64,000 nt of DNA from Octopus sinensis (lineage: Eukaryota), in the NCBI RefSeq assembly GCF_006345805.1, contig NC_042998.1, forward strand, positions 108,934,001 to 108,998,000. The letters run 5' to 3'. Below, piece after piece: positions 13,366-25,694 of the stretch. Every line of letters begins with the position of its first letter. Position 1 is the stretch's first letter. The position numbers and the translations under genes were made by a program. The notes beneath the pieces were generated by a model. That model was not told the DNA's origin. It did no database searches and was given only the letters and a program-made list of their open reading frames with translations.

Positions 13366-15247
13366 ATACTAAAAGAAGAAACAAAAAGAAAAAATTGGCA
13401 CTTATTTCCTATACAAGACTACGGATTACTTACACCTCCTATTACTTCTACTACTCTGTGAGACTAATAATTACCATAAAGTGTTTTCGTTTGCACCAGG
13501 ACTTTCTGAAAGCCGAATATTAGCTGGATACTTCAATACTCTAAGAGAAATTCTTGCCATTGAATGTACATGAGGGGATAAATACAAATTTGGTGATAAA
13601 GTGCACGGGAACATCAAGAAGCAATATCTGCAGAATGCTAGAGAGACATGGTGAAAATGAAAAGTCAAATCTTGTTGGAATTGATTTCAGAAATCTGTGT
13701 TCTTGTGTGTATGTGTGCGTATGTATCTATGTATGTATGTGTGTATGTGTGTGCAAATGTGTGCGTGCAAAAATATACTCATCATCGCGACGGACGGAGG
13801 ATCCTCACCCATATATTGATAAAATAATCTTACATAGTATAATTTAGTTAGGTTGCCGTTCCTGTTATCATTCAAGTTGAATGTAATTTACGTCTGAAAG
13901 TAATTAAAATGAAATGAAAAAAGTTCTGACAGTTTTCCTTCATAAAAGAAAACAAACATGCAAAAAAGCATTTATTTTCAACAAGTTCAGGCGAATTATG
14001 TGAGCTGATAATATTTTAAGACAGCAATGGTAATGAATTCTGTTAAACATTTCCCTGTTCTCAATGTTCATCGCCAAACTCCTCAAGCTGTGCCTGGTGT
14101 AGTATTTTCTATCATATTATTAAGAGGAAAACTTTGCAACGTGTATTTTCGGGAAGGTCTGTTGGAAAAATTTACTAGTAGCAACTTGTACGATTGTAAG
14201 ATAAACCTGTATACTACGATCAACTTAGTAAATTCATCATTTATAGTGATAGCGACTAATATTTAGAATAAGAAATAAAAAAAGAAAAGAAATTGTGGGA
14301 GGGAGCAATGAAAAAAAAGGTAAAGGCGTTCAGTTTTTCGTTGACAATGTCATAATTTACAGTGAAATTCGGATCAGAGGATTGAAAAATATCAGGTTAA
14401 ATTTATCCGAATTTAAACCTCACATCAACTAAGGAGTTTAGTAATATCTCATGGAATATCATATACCACGTTCGTAACTAGAAAAGAATCTAATAATGTT
14501 AAAAGACTTACATAAGCATCGTCTTTGAAAAATATGTATTTACTTCATAATGCGCGAACATTCGGAAACCATATTTATTTCGTTGCTTTTGCATTTAGGC
14601 GTGAAGAATTTTCTTGTTAGCGCGTATTAAATGCATGCGCACGCACGTGTAAATTATTGGGGATAATTTATGTAAACTAACCATTTATGATACCTTTATC
14701 ATATTTGTTTTTAATTGTCAGATTTATCAAATAAGCGATGTGTAGTATCAATACGAAAGACGAAATTTGTTTGGGATGAATTTTTTTAGTTAAACCTCCT
14801 CAAATTCTGCACTAGTTACATTTGTGCCAGAGTGTTCTGAATGAATTCATCCCCAAAATTTAACGAGAAAATCAAAGGAACACTGTAGCGAAAGGTAACG
14901 CGTGTTGTGCTTCTCCTAAAGTTCCATAGATCTTTTGTCGCTCAAAGAGTTTTGAGATTTCAATCTGCGTAAGATGGCAAAATGTTTAAGCAGTAAATCT
15001 TAGAATATCTGTTGTGATAAGTAGTGTTAGTGATAAATGACTGGCCACGGTGGAGGCTAAATATAGCTGGATATTTTGAGAACTATTGATTTTGAACAAA
15101 GGAAAAGAGATCAGAGATGACTATGGAAACCTCAGTCAATTATATCTATTCTTGTGTTTCAAGGATGTTTATTTTATCAATTTCGGAAGGACGAAAAGAA
15201 CACTTGACCCCGGTGGGCTTTGAACTCAGTAGTAGTAGTAGTAATAA

Positions 15248-15705
15248 TGCATCCTCATTGATATGACTGTCCCAATCGATATAAACGTATCTGTCAAGAC
15301 CTACCAAAAACTGAGCAAGTATAAAGATCTTGAAATAGAAATTAGCAAAATGTGGAACCTGAAGACTAAAATAATACCTGTTGTCATAGGTGCCCTAGGA
15401 ATGATAGCAAAAGGCTGATACCAAGAAACCACAAAATGGCAGAAGTTCAAAAGAATGTGCTCATGGGAACTGCCCATCTCCTACGCAAAATACTTTATAT
15501 GTAATCTCAAATTTTAAAACAAACACATAATTTTCTCATGGTTTCTTAAACATTTCTTCGTTTCTTAAACAACACTATGTCCAGAACCAAATATATGGCA
15601 CCCCAGGCATAAGACCAACACGAACTTGTTGTCTCTTGAGGTCTCTTGCTGAGACTTGGAGCCAACTTGTACAAATGTAAAGCAAAAGTCAAACATAAAA
15701 TACTA
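15248..15705 (+). mobile_element. R4/Dong-clade non-LTR retrotransposon 3' end (restriction-like endonuclease C-terminus + 3'UTR)
   Basis: [51 protein letters not shown]...QKNVLMGTAHLLRKILYM*; ends in (TAC)n(TAA)n. Confidence 0.88.
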
Positions 15706-15727
15706 CTACTACTACTACTACTACTAC

Positions 15728-15759
<32 letters not shown>

Positions 15760-15858
15760 TGCGTGTGTAATCTGGGAATGTATACAATGCGCTTCCCTGC
15801 CCTAGGTGTACGGAAAACACTCGGCGAGAAATGGAAGAAAAGTTGAAGAAAAAGGGGA

Positions 15859-15904
<46 letters not shown>

Positions 15905-16393
15905 GAAGTGTTATCATGTACATTGTTTTGTCTTGGTATAAAAGATGGGCTACAGCAAATATTCTGCTCAATACCACAGATTTGCTTGCCAGTTGTTTGA
16001 CCTTAACCAGTTGAGCATGTCCCTTAGTGGCTGACGATATGTGCATCTCTGATCACGAGCAGAAGTAGTGGGGGAGCATCATAGCCATGTGTTGAGAGGG
16101 ATTCTTTGGGGTTTGAATAATTCACCTCTGGAAACATGGGTGGTTCTTTCAACAACCCTTATTCAGGGACCTTTTGAGCGGGATGGGCTACTCAACCCGA
16201 AGAAAATTCTAACTGGGCCCCACCTGCAAGGTCATGCGCTGTTTATCTTGATATGAGATCACCATGTCGCGCACATATGGTTGTGATGCATGTGCCTGGT
16301 GTACCCTTATCAGACGGGTAGTCATGATAGGTATATTGGGCTTCGTATATTTTACCCCAGTATCACTTTGATGGCATGAACTCTCTTTCACTC
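15905..16393 (+). mobile_element. ~550-bp non-coding (AAT)n-flanked interspersed element, copy 1 (one end truncated)
   Basis: Near-identical to the reverse complement of 17479-18000; (AAT)n on both sides. Confidence 0.85.
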
Positions 16394-16417
16394 AATAATA
16401 ATAATAATGATAATAAT

Positions 16418-16615
16418 AATAATCCTTTCTACTAAAGGCACAAGGCGTGAAATTTGGCGGAGGGCGCCAGTCTATTAGATCGATTCCAATATGCAACTGG
16501 TACTTAATTTATCGACCCTGAAAGGATGAAACTAAGTTAACCCCGCGGTGGAATTTGAATTCAGAACGTAAAGATGGACGAAATGACACTAAACATTTTG
16601 CCCGGCTTGATAACG
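16418..16615 (-). mobile_element. SINE family A
   Basis: ataatcctttctactaaaggcacaagg...gaaaggatgaaa..ggaatttgaattcagaacgtaaag; matches the 49832 copy. Confidence 0.8.
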
Positions 16616-16667
16616 ATTATTATCATCATTATTATTATCGTTATTATCATTATTATTATTATTGCTA

Positions 16668-16766
<99 letters not shown>

Positions 16767-16768
16767 TT

Positions 16769-17311
16769 GAGTGACAGAGAAGTGCATGCCATCCAATTGA
16801 CACTAGGCTACAAATATACGAAGTCTAGTTACTCATGATGACTGCATGTCTCATAAGGGTACAGCAGGCACGTTCATCACAACCATATGTGTTCTACATG
16901 GTGATCTCATATCAAGATAAACAGTGCATAACCTTACAGATGATGCCAAGTAAATATTTTCTTTAGGTCGCGTAGCCCATGCTGCCCAAAGGTCCCCGAA
17001 TAAGAGTTTTTTAAAGACGTTGAACGAAATACCCATATTTCCAGAGGTGAAATATTCAAACCCCAAAGAATTCCTCTCAAAACATCGTTAATTCTGCCCG
17101 TGATCAGAGATGCACATATCTTCAGCCACCAAAGGACACGGTCAACTAGTTAAGGGGAAACAACTGATAAACAAATCTGTGGTATTGAGCAGAATATATA
17201 TGCTGTAGCGCCTCTTTTATAACTGGACAAAACATGTAGATGATAACACTTCCAATCAGTTAAGATCAGAAAACATGAGAGTCACTACCTGGTACTACTG
17301 CATCAGGGCAT
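16769..17311 (-). mobile_element. (AAT)n-flanked element, copy 2 (diverged, internal deletion)
   Basis: Same termini as copy 3 (gagtg...; ...actgcatcagggcat); flanked by (TAG)n/(ATT)n. Confidence 0.8.
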
Positions 17312-17446
17312 ATTATTATTATTATTTTTTTTTTTCTTCTTTCAAATTTGCTTCCATTTCTTGCCGAGTGTCTTCCCGACTCCTAGGGCAAATAAACTCA
17401 TAGTATACATTGGTAGGCCATTAAACCAAACTCAATAGTTCGTTCA

Positions 17447-17478
<32 letters not shown>

Positions 17479-18091
17479 GAGTGAGAGAGCAGTGCATGCC
17501 ATCAAAGTGACACTGGGGTAAAATATACGAAGCCCAATATACCCATCATGACTACCCGTCTGATAAGGGTACACCAGGCACATGCATCACAACCATATGT
17601 GCGCGACATGGTGATCTCATATCAAGATAAACAGCACATGACCTTGCAGGTGGGGCCCAGTTAGAATTTTTTTCAGGTTGAGTAGCCCATCCCGCTCAAA
17701 AGGTCCCTGAATAAGGGTTGTTTAAGGATGTTGAAAGAACCACCCATGTTTCCAGAGGTGAATTATTCAAACCCCAAAGAATCCCTCTCAACACATGGCT
17801 ATGATGCTCCCCCACTACTTCTGCTCGTGATCAGAGATGCACATATCGTCAGCCACTAAGGGACATGCTCAACTGGTTAAGGTCAAACAACTGACAAGCA
17901 AATCTGTGGTATTGAGCAGAATATTTGCTGTAGCCCATCTTTTATACCAAAAAAAAAACAATGTACATTATAACACTTTCAATTAGTTAAGATCAGAAGC
18001 CATGAGAGCCACTGCCTGGTACTGCATCAGGGCATTTACTGCATCAGGGCATTTAGTACTGCATCAGGGCATTTACTGCATCAGGGCATTT
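17479..18091 (-). mobile_element. (AAT)n-flanked element, copy 3 (full length, terminal 17-mer x4)
   Basis: Reverse complement of copies 1 and 4; (ATT)n on both sides. Confidence 0.85.
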
Positions 18092-18107
18092 ATTATTATT
18101 ATTATTA

Positions 18108-18164
<57 letters not shown>

Positions 18165-18199
18165 CATTATTATCATTATTATTATTATTATCATTATCG

Positions 18200-18450
18200 C
18201 TTTACGTCACTGAGCACTCGGTTTTGTTTGCACTGGATAATTCTGGGAAAGTGGATAGCAGCCTGTTGTCAAAGGTCTTACAGGGTCTCTTTTCGCTCGT
18301 TATAAGCTTTGATACTTGGTTGTTAATTATCGTAGAAGACATTCAACAGCCAAGGACCAATCTCAAAATCCTAATTGTCCCCAGCAGAGCAGTTTTCGGG
18401 GCTTGCTCTGCTCTCATGTTAATTCCAATTTCTCTGACATATTTCTCGAA
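18200..18450 (-). mobile_element. R4/Dong-clade 3' end, second subfamily
   Basis: Minus strand reads EKYVREIGINMRAEQAPKTALLGTIRILRLVLGC* plus a distinct 3'UTR; flanked by (ATT)n. Confidence 0.8.
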
Positions 18451-18468
18451 CAATTATTATTATTATTA

Positions 18469-18501
<33 letters not shown>

Positions 18502-18837
18502 TATTATTATTATTATTATTAAATAATAAAACGTAAAAGTACGTAACTAAACACCTTAATGCATTTTTCCGGTGTTCTGTCAATTCCGTTTCTCCACAAC
18601 CCTATATATTTCAATGAATAAAATAAATCTGGTAATAGTACAAAAATGTTTCCTTCTGAATATGTACAGAATTATATCTAATTCTGCCTGTGTCTACTTT
18701 GCTTTTCATCCTTCCGGAGTTATTAAAATAAGTACCTGTCAGGAACTGTGGCCGATCATAATCAAATATTCACTTCCTGAAAATTTGGGGCAGCGTGCCA
18801 TATGAAAAATCAATACATACATACACACTTACATACA

Positions 18838-18889
<52 letters not shown>

Positions 18890-19004
18890 ATATATATGCA
18901 TGCATACATGCATATTCACACTTGTACATCGATCTCCTGCGTGGCAAAATGCCTCAAATTTTATCGAATAATAATAATAATAACTATATTGGGTACAAAC
19001 GCAG

Positions 19005-19180
19005 GAAGTTTGAGGAGAGGGAGCAAGTGGATTACCTCAAACTCCTAGTACTTAACTTATCGTTCCCGAAAGGATGAAAAGCAAAGTCGACAGAGTTTGA
19101 ATGCAGAACGTAAAGACAGATGAAATGTCGCAAAGCATTTTGCTCAACGCACAAACGATTCTGTGAGTTTGCCGTCTTAA
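19005..19180 (-). mobile_element. SINE family A
   Basis: cccgaaaggatgaaaagcaaagtcgac..gcagaacgtaaagacagatgaaat. Confidence 0.75.
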
Positions 19181-19214
19181 CAACAGCAACAATAACGATA
19201 TTGATAATAATCAA

Positions 19215-19640
19215 AGCCAAGCTTGCCTATGAACTTGCCAAGGTCAGGATGGAAATAAATCACCCGCTCTATATAAGCGACCTCAAATTGTATACGAAGT
19301 GCCAAAAAATCAAAAGCCAAAAAAAAAAATGACCTGAAACCCCTAATCCAAGCAGTGAGAATACTTAGCAATCTTATACGTATGCAGCTGGGTGTAAATA
19401 AATGTAGTTTTAATTTTGAATGGAGGTCGAATGATAACATTAGGTCACTGGGAAATATGGTGGGGCATAATTACCTAGGTTTTGTCCAGGATGGTAAAGT
19501 TATGGAAAGAGAAACGAAAGGAGTCTTCAAAAAACTGCTTGAGAAGGATCAGAACAGTGCTCGAAACAAAAGTAAATAGAGGGAAAATTATCAAGGCAAT
19601 AGTCAATGCTAGTATTAGTATGCTCTACTTCATTAATACT
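19215..19640 (+). mobile_element. R4/Dong-clade reverse transcriptase fragment
   Basis: INHPLYISDLKLY (degenerate NHLLYMDDLKLY), RMQLGVNKC, NYLG, CLRRIRTVLETKVNRGKIIKAI. Confidence 0.8.
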
Positions 19641-19972
19641 CTACGTACAAGACGGTATGTGCAAAGACAATAAATAATAAATTTTCTTAACTGGTACGCC
19701 ACACGTATTAGAAGCATTGTCGCTGTGAATTTTCTTCCTCTTTTCCCCCCTTTATTTTTCTATGCTTACTTTTTTATATTTTATTTTTTCTCTATCCCAT
19801 AACGTTGTAAATGAACAATTTGGTTATTCTAATGGCCTACCAATGTATGCAGTGCGTTTCTCTGCCTTAGGTATCAGGGATATATTCGGTAAGAAATTGA
19901 AACATAATTGAAAGAAGATGATAATGAAAATAATGATAATAATAATAGTAGTAATAATAAAAATAAGAAGAA

Positions 19973-20168
19973 GTACATGGAACAAAAATCTCGAGATGTA
20001 CATGAAACAAAAATCACGAGTAATACATGGAACAAACAGGGGCCGCAATAAGGGTAGAGCACTTGTAGAAAACAGCACTGCTTGGAACCGCTCGAATACT
20101 CCGGAAGGTGCTCGAAAAATAAGAGGTGTTACCGTAGTTCCCTTGTAGTGCTCCAGCTGTGCACAGGC
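19973..20168 (+). mobile_element. R4/Dong-clade 3' end, third subfamily
   Basis: KYMEQ.GAAIRVEHL*KTALLGTARILRKVLEK* plus a short 3'UTR, then (AAT)n. Confidence 0.82.
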
Positions 20169-20191
20169 AATAATAATAATAATAATAATAT

Positions 20192-20222
<31 letters not shown>

Positions 20223-20268
20223 AAGAAGAAGAAGAAGAAGAAGAAGAAGAAGAAGAAGAAGAAGAAGA
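20192..20268. repeat. (AAG)n microsatellite
   Basis: Direct reading. Confidence 0.95.
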
Positions 20269-20271
20269 AAA

Positions 20272-21066
20272 CATAAGTGGGATTGGCTGAAGAAATAAAC
20301 GCTGAAAAGAGAGACAGAGAGCAAACATTATACTGGCAACGCAAGACCAAACTTTGGCCACGAATTGGGTGTCGATCTAAGGAATTAGCAAGTGTCTCCA
20401 CTGTACCACATCTGTAATAGAGTGGAAGAAACCAATGCCCATATCGCGAACGAATGCCCTAGACTTGACCCAAACCACTACAAGTTATGGTGACACGATG
20501 AGGTAGCGAAAAATGCTTCATTGGAAACTGGGTGAAAAGTGGGGGTCTAGAGGGGGGCAAGAAGTGGTATGAGCACAAACTGTAGAGAGTGGCGGAGTCG
20601 GAGACCGGCACAATTCTCTTGTTTTCCAATCCGAATGGATCGAATGCTAGAGCATAACAGACCGGACCTAGCACTGTTGGACAAGATGCAGTACATGTGC
20701 TATATAGTCGATGTTGCAAGCCCCTTTGCCTAACGGAGATTGAAAAAGGAAGGTGAAAAAAATAGATATATACAATCCTCTTGAGTATTAAATAGCCCGG
20801 CTATGGAAAATGAAGTATGTGAAAATAGTGCCAATTAGTGCGGGTCCTTGGGGACAGTATCATCAAAAGGCATCAAGAGGAATGTAAAAGAAATCTGAAT
20901 AGTGCCTAGTAGAACTGTTACAAAAGATTTACCTACTTGGCACGGGCAAAATAATCTGTGAAGTATTAGATAGTTGAAAAGAACAGATAACATGAGACTG
21001 TATGTTGTGCAGGGGGCAAGCCTGCTACGCACGCAAGACTCCAGGATTTACATCAAAACCTGAGAC
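20272..21066 (+). mobile_element. R4/Dong-clade C-terminal half (zinc knuckle + REL endonuclease + 3'UTR), fourth subfamily
   Basis: WDWLKK, QDQTLATN, ICNRVEETNAHIANECP, HDEVAK.LHWKL, EHNRPDLALLDK..CYIVDVASP, LLGTGKIICEVLDS*; ends at (AAT)n/(AAC)n. Confidence 0.9.
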
Positions 21067-21074
21067 AAATAATA

Positions 21075-21144
<70 letters not shown>

Positions 21145-21217
21145 CAACAGCAACAACAATAATAATAATAATGATATTAACAACAACTACAGCAACAACA
21201 ACAACAATAATAATAAT

Positions 21218-21763
21218 ATGCCTTGATGTAGTACCAGGCAGTGGTTCTCTTGGCTTCTGATCTTAACTGATTAGAAGTGTTTTGTATTGGTATAAATGAT
21301 GGGCTACAGCATATATTCTGCTCAATTCTACAGATTTGCCTATATGTTGTTTGACCTTAAGTAGATGAGTATGTCCCTTGATTGCTGACGATATGTGCAT
21401 CTCTGATTATGAGCATAACTAGTGGTGGAATATCATACCCATGTATTGATAGGAGTTCTTTGAGGCTTGAATATTTCACCTCTGGAAACATGGGTGTTTC
21501 ATTCAACATATTTAAACAATCCTTATTCAGGGACCTTTTGAGCAGCATGGGCTACACGACCTGAAGGGAATTCTAACTAGGTACCTCTTGCAAGGTCATG
21601 CACTGTTTATCTTGATATGATATGAAATCACCATGTCGCGCATATATGGTTGTGATGCATGTGCTTGGTGTACCCTTATCAGACGGGTAGTCATGATGTG
21701 TATACTGAGTTTCGTATATATTAACCCATTGTCGCTTTAATGGCGTGCACTGCTATCTCACTC
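21218..21763 (+). mobile_element. (AAT)n-flanked element, copy 4 (diverged)
   Basis: atgccttgatgtagtaccaggcagtgg...gcactgctatctcactc, bounded by (AAT)n. Confidence 0.82.
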
Positions 21764-21774
21764 AATAATAATAA

Positions 21775-21990
21775 CAAGAGCACTCAGAGAGCGCAAACCT
21801 CTGCCAAGTGAACACCAACGTCCTCTCAACGATTAGCCAGAGATTATTTTTAAAACGAGAATATCTGAAATAAAATCGACTGCTCTCACAAACGAGAATA
21901 CTGAAAATGAACTCGACCGCTCTCAAAAATTAAGTAAAAACCGGAAAAGTAATCCAGAATCCTTGTCCAGTAACTGATCGATCCCAATGA
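21775..21990 (+). repeat. Unclassified interspersed repeat; second fragment near 22490-22560
   Basis: aatccagaatccttgtcc.gta...gatcgatccca recurs at 22494. Class not determined. Confidence 0.5.
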
Positions 21991-22569
21991 TAGTCATAGA
22001 ATGTGAAGGTGGCTGTAGTAACATTAATAAATAGTTCATCCATACCAAATACAAGCCAAATTAACAAATTCACAATTCAAAATAGTTTCAAAGGCGGAGG
22101 CAATAATAATAAGCTCTACTCAGGAATTTTTAAATAAGTAGCATGATTTTCTCTTCTTTTAAATTCCGTCATTCCTTTAGTTTCCTGTTGTTTTAGATCG
22201 ATGTATGTATAAATGTAAGTATATTGTAAAGTGTTAATATGTAGGTATAATACATAATACATATATTATAAAAATATTTTAGTGTTATTTAATTTCTGTA
22301 CGGTTTTACTGCCATTTATTGATGTAGTTTGATTTCATTATCCATCACTTTCTGCTAAGATAGAGACGCGAGTAAAATTAGTAATAGAGAAACGAAAATA
22401 ACCTTTGGAAACAACCTAAAGGGAGATAAATGAGAAAGACTTGAAAGTCAACGTAAGATTGTAATCATGTAAAGTAAAGTAAACATTACAAATAATCCAG
22501 AATCCTTGTCCGGTATCGGTCGATCCCAAAATCTAATCAGTTCATACTAGTCATGAGGCCAAACAGGCC

Positions 22570-22900
22570 CAGTACCCAGCTTGATGAGAAAGAGCAAGAC
22601 ATTGTTGTGTGCCAAGGATCCTGTAAAGGAAAATGTTGCATCCAACTTTACACCAATAACATGCCTTTCGCTAAAGTGAAAACTAATGTCAGGTGCTGTG
22701 GCCTGTGAGCCGTACAAATAATTGGAAGAAGGTAGGCTGCTACCCGTTGAACAGAAAGAGTACTGAAAAAGAAGCTGGGGACGAAGGGTCAGCTCTTAAT
22801 TGATAATATAAATATCAGGAACTGCAAGAGAAGACATAGAAACCTGAGCATGGCATGGTTGACTATCGGTTTCTCTTAAAACTCTTTGAGGTGAAATACT
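22570..22900 (+). mobile_element. R4/Dong-clade RT N-terminal fragment
   Basis: TLLCAKDPVKENVASNFTPITCL; LLPVEQKE..LIDN..IRNCKRRHRNLSMAW (degenerate NYRPITCL / EQKG / AWIDY). Confidence 0.78.
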
Positions 22901-23758
22901 ACAAATTTAACAGAAACTTAGCTCCCAGAATCCGGGCTCTTTTCCCTACAATACATTATTGTTAATCACAAATGACACACAGAATATTTCCAAAAGTGTT
23001 TCCAATATTGTTGTTGTTTGTGTAGTCACAGCTCTTGTTAAGGGAAGTAAGATTTGATCTCAGAGTGTAAAGATTTGGAACAAGCCTCGCTAAGTGTTCT
23101 TTCTAATGGCCTAACTTTGCAGTCATTTTCCACTCTGTCTGTTGTCTGTCTGTCTCTATCCCTCTCTCTCCCTTTATGTATGTATGTATCTATCTATCTA
23201 TCTGTTTATCTAGCTATCTTTCTACAAATACATAATTTATGTCAACTCTTTCACGAGTGCCAGATGCACTCTGGTACAACCAGTTGCCTATTTGGGTTGT
23301 CGGCTCATCGGAGATTAAGCCAGATCCCCCATCAGGCTTCTTTGGTGAGCAGGTTTGCAAGAAACAACAAGACAAATATGAGACTTGTTAAAATAATGGA
23401 TCATCCTCATATACGGTCAACGTCCATCTAGTATAGGGGACTTAGAAACTCCATGTTGATATCCGTGCTGTAAGACCACTGGGAGTGGGGTACTCTTACG
23501 TTTTTGTTAAGAGACAACGCTGCAGCGTTCACAGTAGTATACTCTCTTTACATCGAGCGACCTGATCGACAGCTTTTAAAGGTAGTGATAATAGAAGACC
23601 AACTTTAAGCATAAATTTTTCCCTGACTGCGAGTGCTTGCGAAGAGGTGAAGACTAAGATAGTCAATCCCAGAAGACAATCGGGTTAGAAGAGAAAACGG
23701 GACGCATCGATGAAAGAGAATGAAAGCACACCCAAATTGAGTTATTTTTTTTCCTCCC

Positions 23759-23851
<93 letters not shown>

Positions 23852-23890
23852 TACATTACGGAGATGTACTTGCATAGAAAGTGAGCTGAT

Positions 23891-24164
23891 CAGCGTGGAA
23901 GGTTTTTTTATAATCCATTTAAGAAACACAAAAACTGTTAGATTCATTTCAACACTTAAGTTTAATTTGCCAAAATATTTTCGTTGCTTGGAGACCGCGA
24001 CCTGTTCACTGACAAAATTTCGTGAGATGCAGCACGAAATTTTGTCAGTGAACAGGTCGCGGTCTCCAAGCAACGAAAATATTTTGGCAAATTAAACTTA
24101 AGTGTTGAAATGAATCTAACAGTTTTTGTGTTTCTTAAATGGATTATAAACACCTTCCACGCTG
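23891..24164. repeat. Long fold-back palindrome A (about 117-bp perfect arms, 8-nt loop)
   Basis: 23908-24024 is the reverse complement of 24033-24149; loop agatgcag. Confidence 0.95.
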
Positions 24165-24170
24165 CAATTC

Positions 24171-24242
<72 letters not shown>

Positions 24243-24379
24243 CAGCATATATAACATATTACAGCCAGTCATCGCACGCGAACAAGAATGGTTTGATAAC
24301 CAGACTTTTGCTAATTCTTTTAGATGCTTTTGTTGTTGCCATTCTGGTTCCTCGCCCCTGTTCCAGTGGAACATACATG

Positions 24380-24555
24380 ATATGACAGGTGGAGGGAGGG
24401 TGAGTTGTCCGAGCAGAAGAATTCTTCTCATATCTGAGTAGGACAACATGAAATGAAGTGCTCTACTCAAGAATTGCCCATTTCCTGGTCCAGGAGTCGA
24501 ACCCACGGCCTTATGATCGTTAGCTGAACATCTCCAGTGACTAGACAAAGCGCCT
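24380..24555 (-). mobile_element. SINE family B (degenerate)
   Basis: gaaatgaagtgctctactcaagaa..aggagtcgaacccacggccttatgatcgttagctgaaca (tRNA-like head). Confidence 0.6.
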
Positions 24556-25646
24556 TTATACAATTGTGAATGCCTTATAGAATGAGCACCAAAAAAAAAA
24601 TTTAAGTGAAACAATTATCCCGAAACTTGGTTATAAAAATATGTTAGATCAAACTTACGGAATAGAATAATTCTATAATTAAAAGAAGTGTAGGGTATTT
24701 GCATTGGATATTGAAATCATTCTACAAAGTAATAAATCAAAATATGGTAGTAGTCACTGAATTTCTTTACGGCTATCCGACTCAACATTACTTTTATTAT
24801 ACATCGTTGGTAATTTCCTTTTATCCCAATGTTTTTAAAGACTATTAATAAGCCACGAAAAATGAAAACAACATTTTGACAAAGCCATAGCACGTTTCTT
24901 TTTGGCATAACCAATGTATGCAGCTAATATGATGCACAAAAGCACAAGGTTATCTGAATGAAAAGAATGCGATATAAAAGATACATAAACTATAAAAAAG
25001 AAATAAATCGATATACTTTTTTTTAGAATATATTGATTAAACATATTTTAATTAAAAAAAGGTAGTAATGGTAACATAATGATTGCTTTTCATACTTTTG
25101 TACAAAATATTTCTTTCCCTCACCTTCTCTAAATTCAACTGAATTAAATTTCCAACTTCATTTTGTTTCACTCATGTTATCCTCTGCAATATTATAAAGG
25201 TTGCAATAAAGACTAGGAACAAAGCCAATATTTAAGAGTAGGGTGGGAGTCAGAGTTCTGGATTACAACTTTCATGGTCTAAATTTCATTGTAGAGTAAT
25301 GTACATTCATTTTCTTCAACTGAAAAATTTAGATATGGAAAATATGAAAGTCACAACAGTTTTTACAGTTGGCCAAACTTTATGCACTAATGCACTAACA
25401 ATATGTATTCGCAGATATCTTAGACACTGGTTGAATTTTCTCGTCTGTTGTCTATAGTATTTATTTGTTAAACCACTGATGCTCCACATACATCATAGAC
25501 ACACGCGCGTGCGCGAACACACACTCACACCAGTACACGTACACACACACACACACGCAAACATTTCGCTCTACTTTTGAATAATTAACTACGCTATTTT
25601 TCTTCGAGTATACATGTTAAGTATACGCGCGTGAGTTTGCGTGCGC

Positions 25647-25694
<48 letters not shown>

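Noticed and set aside
17960-18040. HDV-like ribozyme at the end of the (AAT)n element
   Set aside because: I could not fold a P1/P2/P3 nested pseudoknot by hand.
18021-18091. CRISPR-like direct repeats
   Set aside because: No unique spacers, no cas genes, and the context is eukaryotic.
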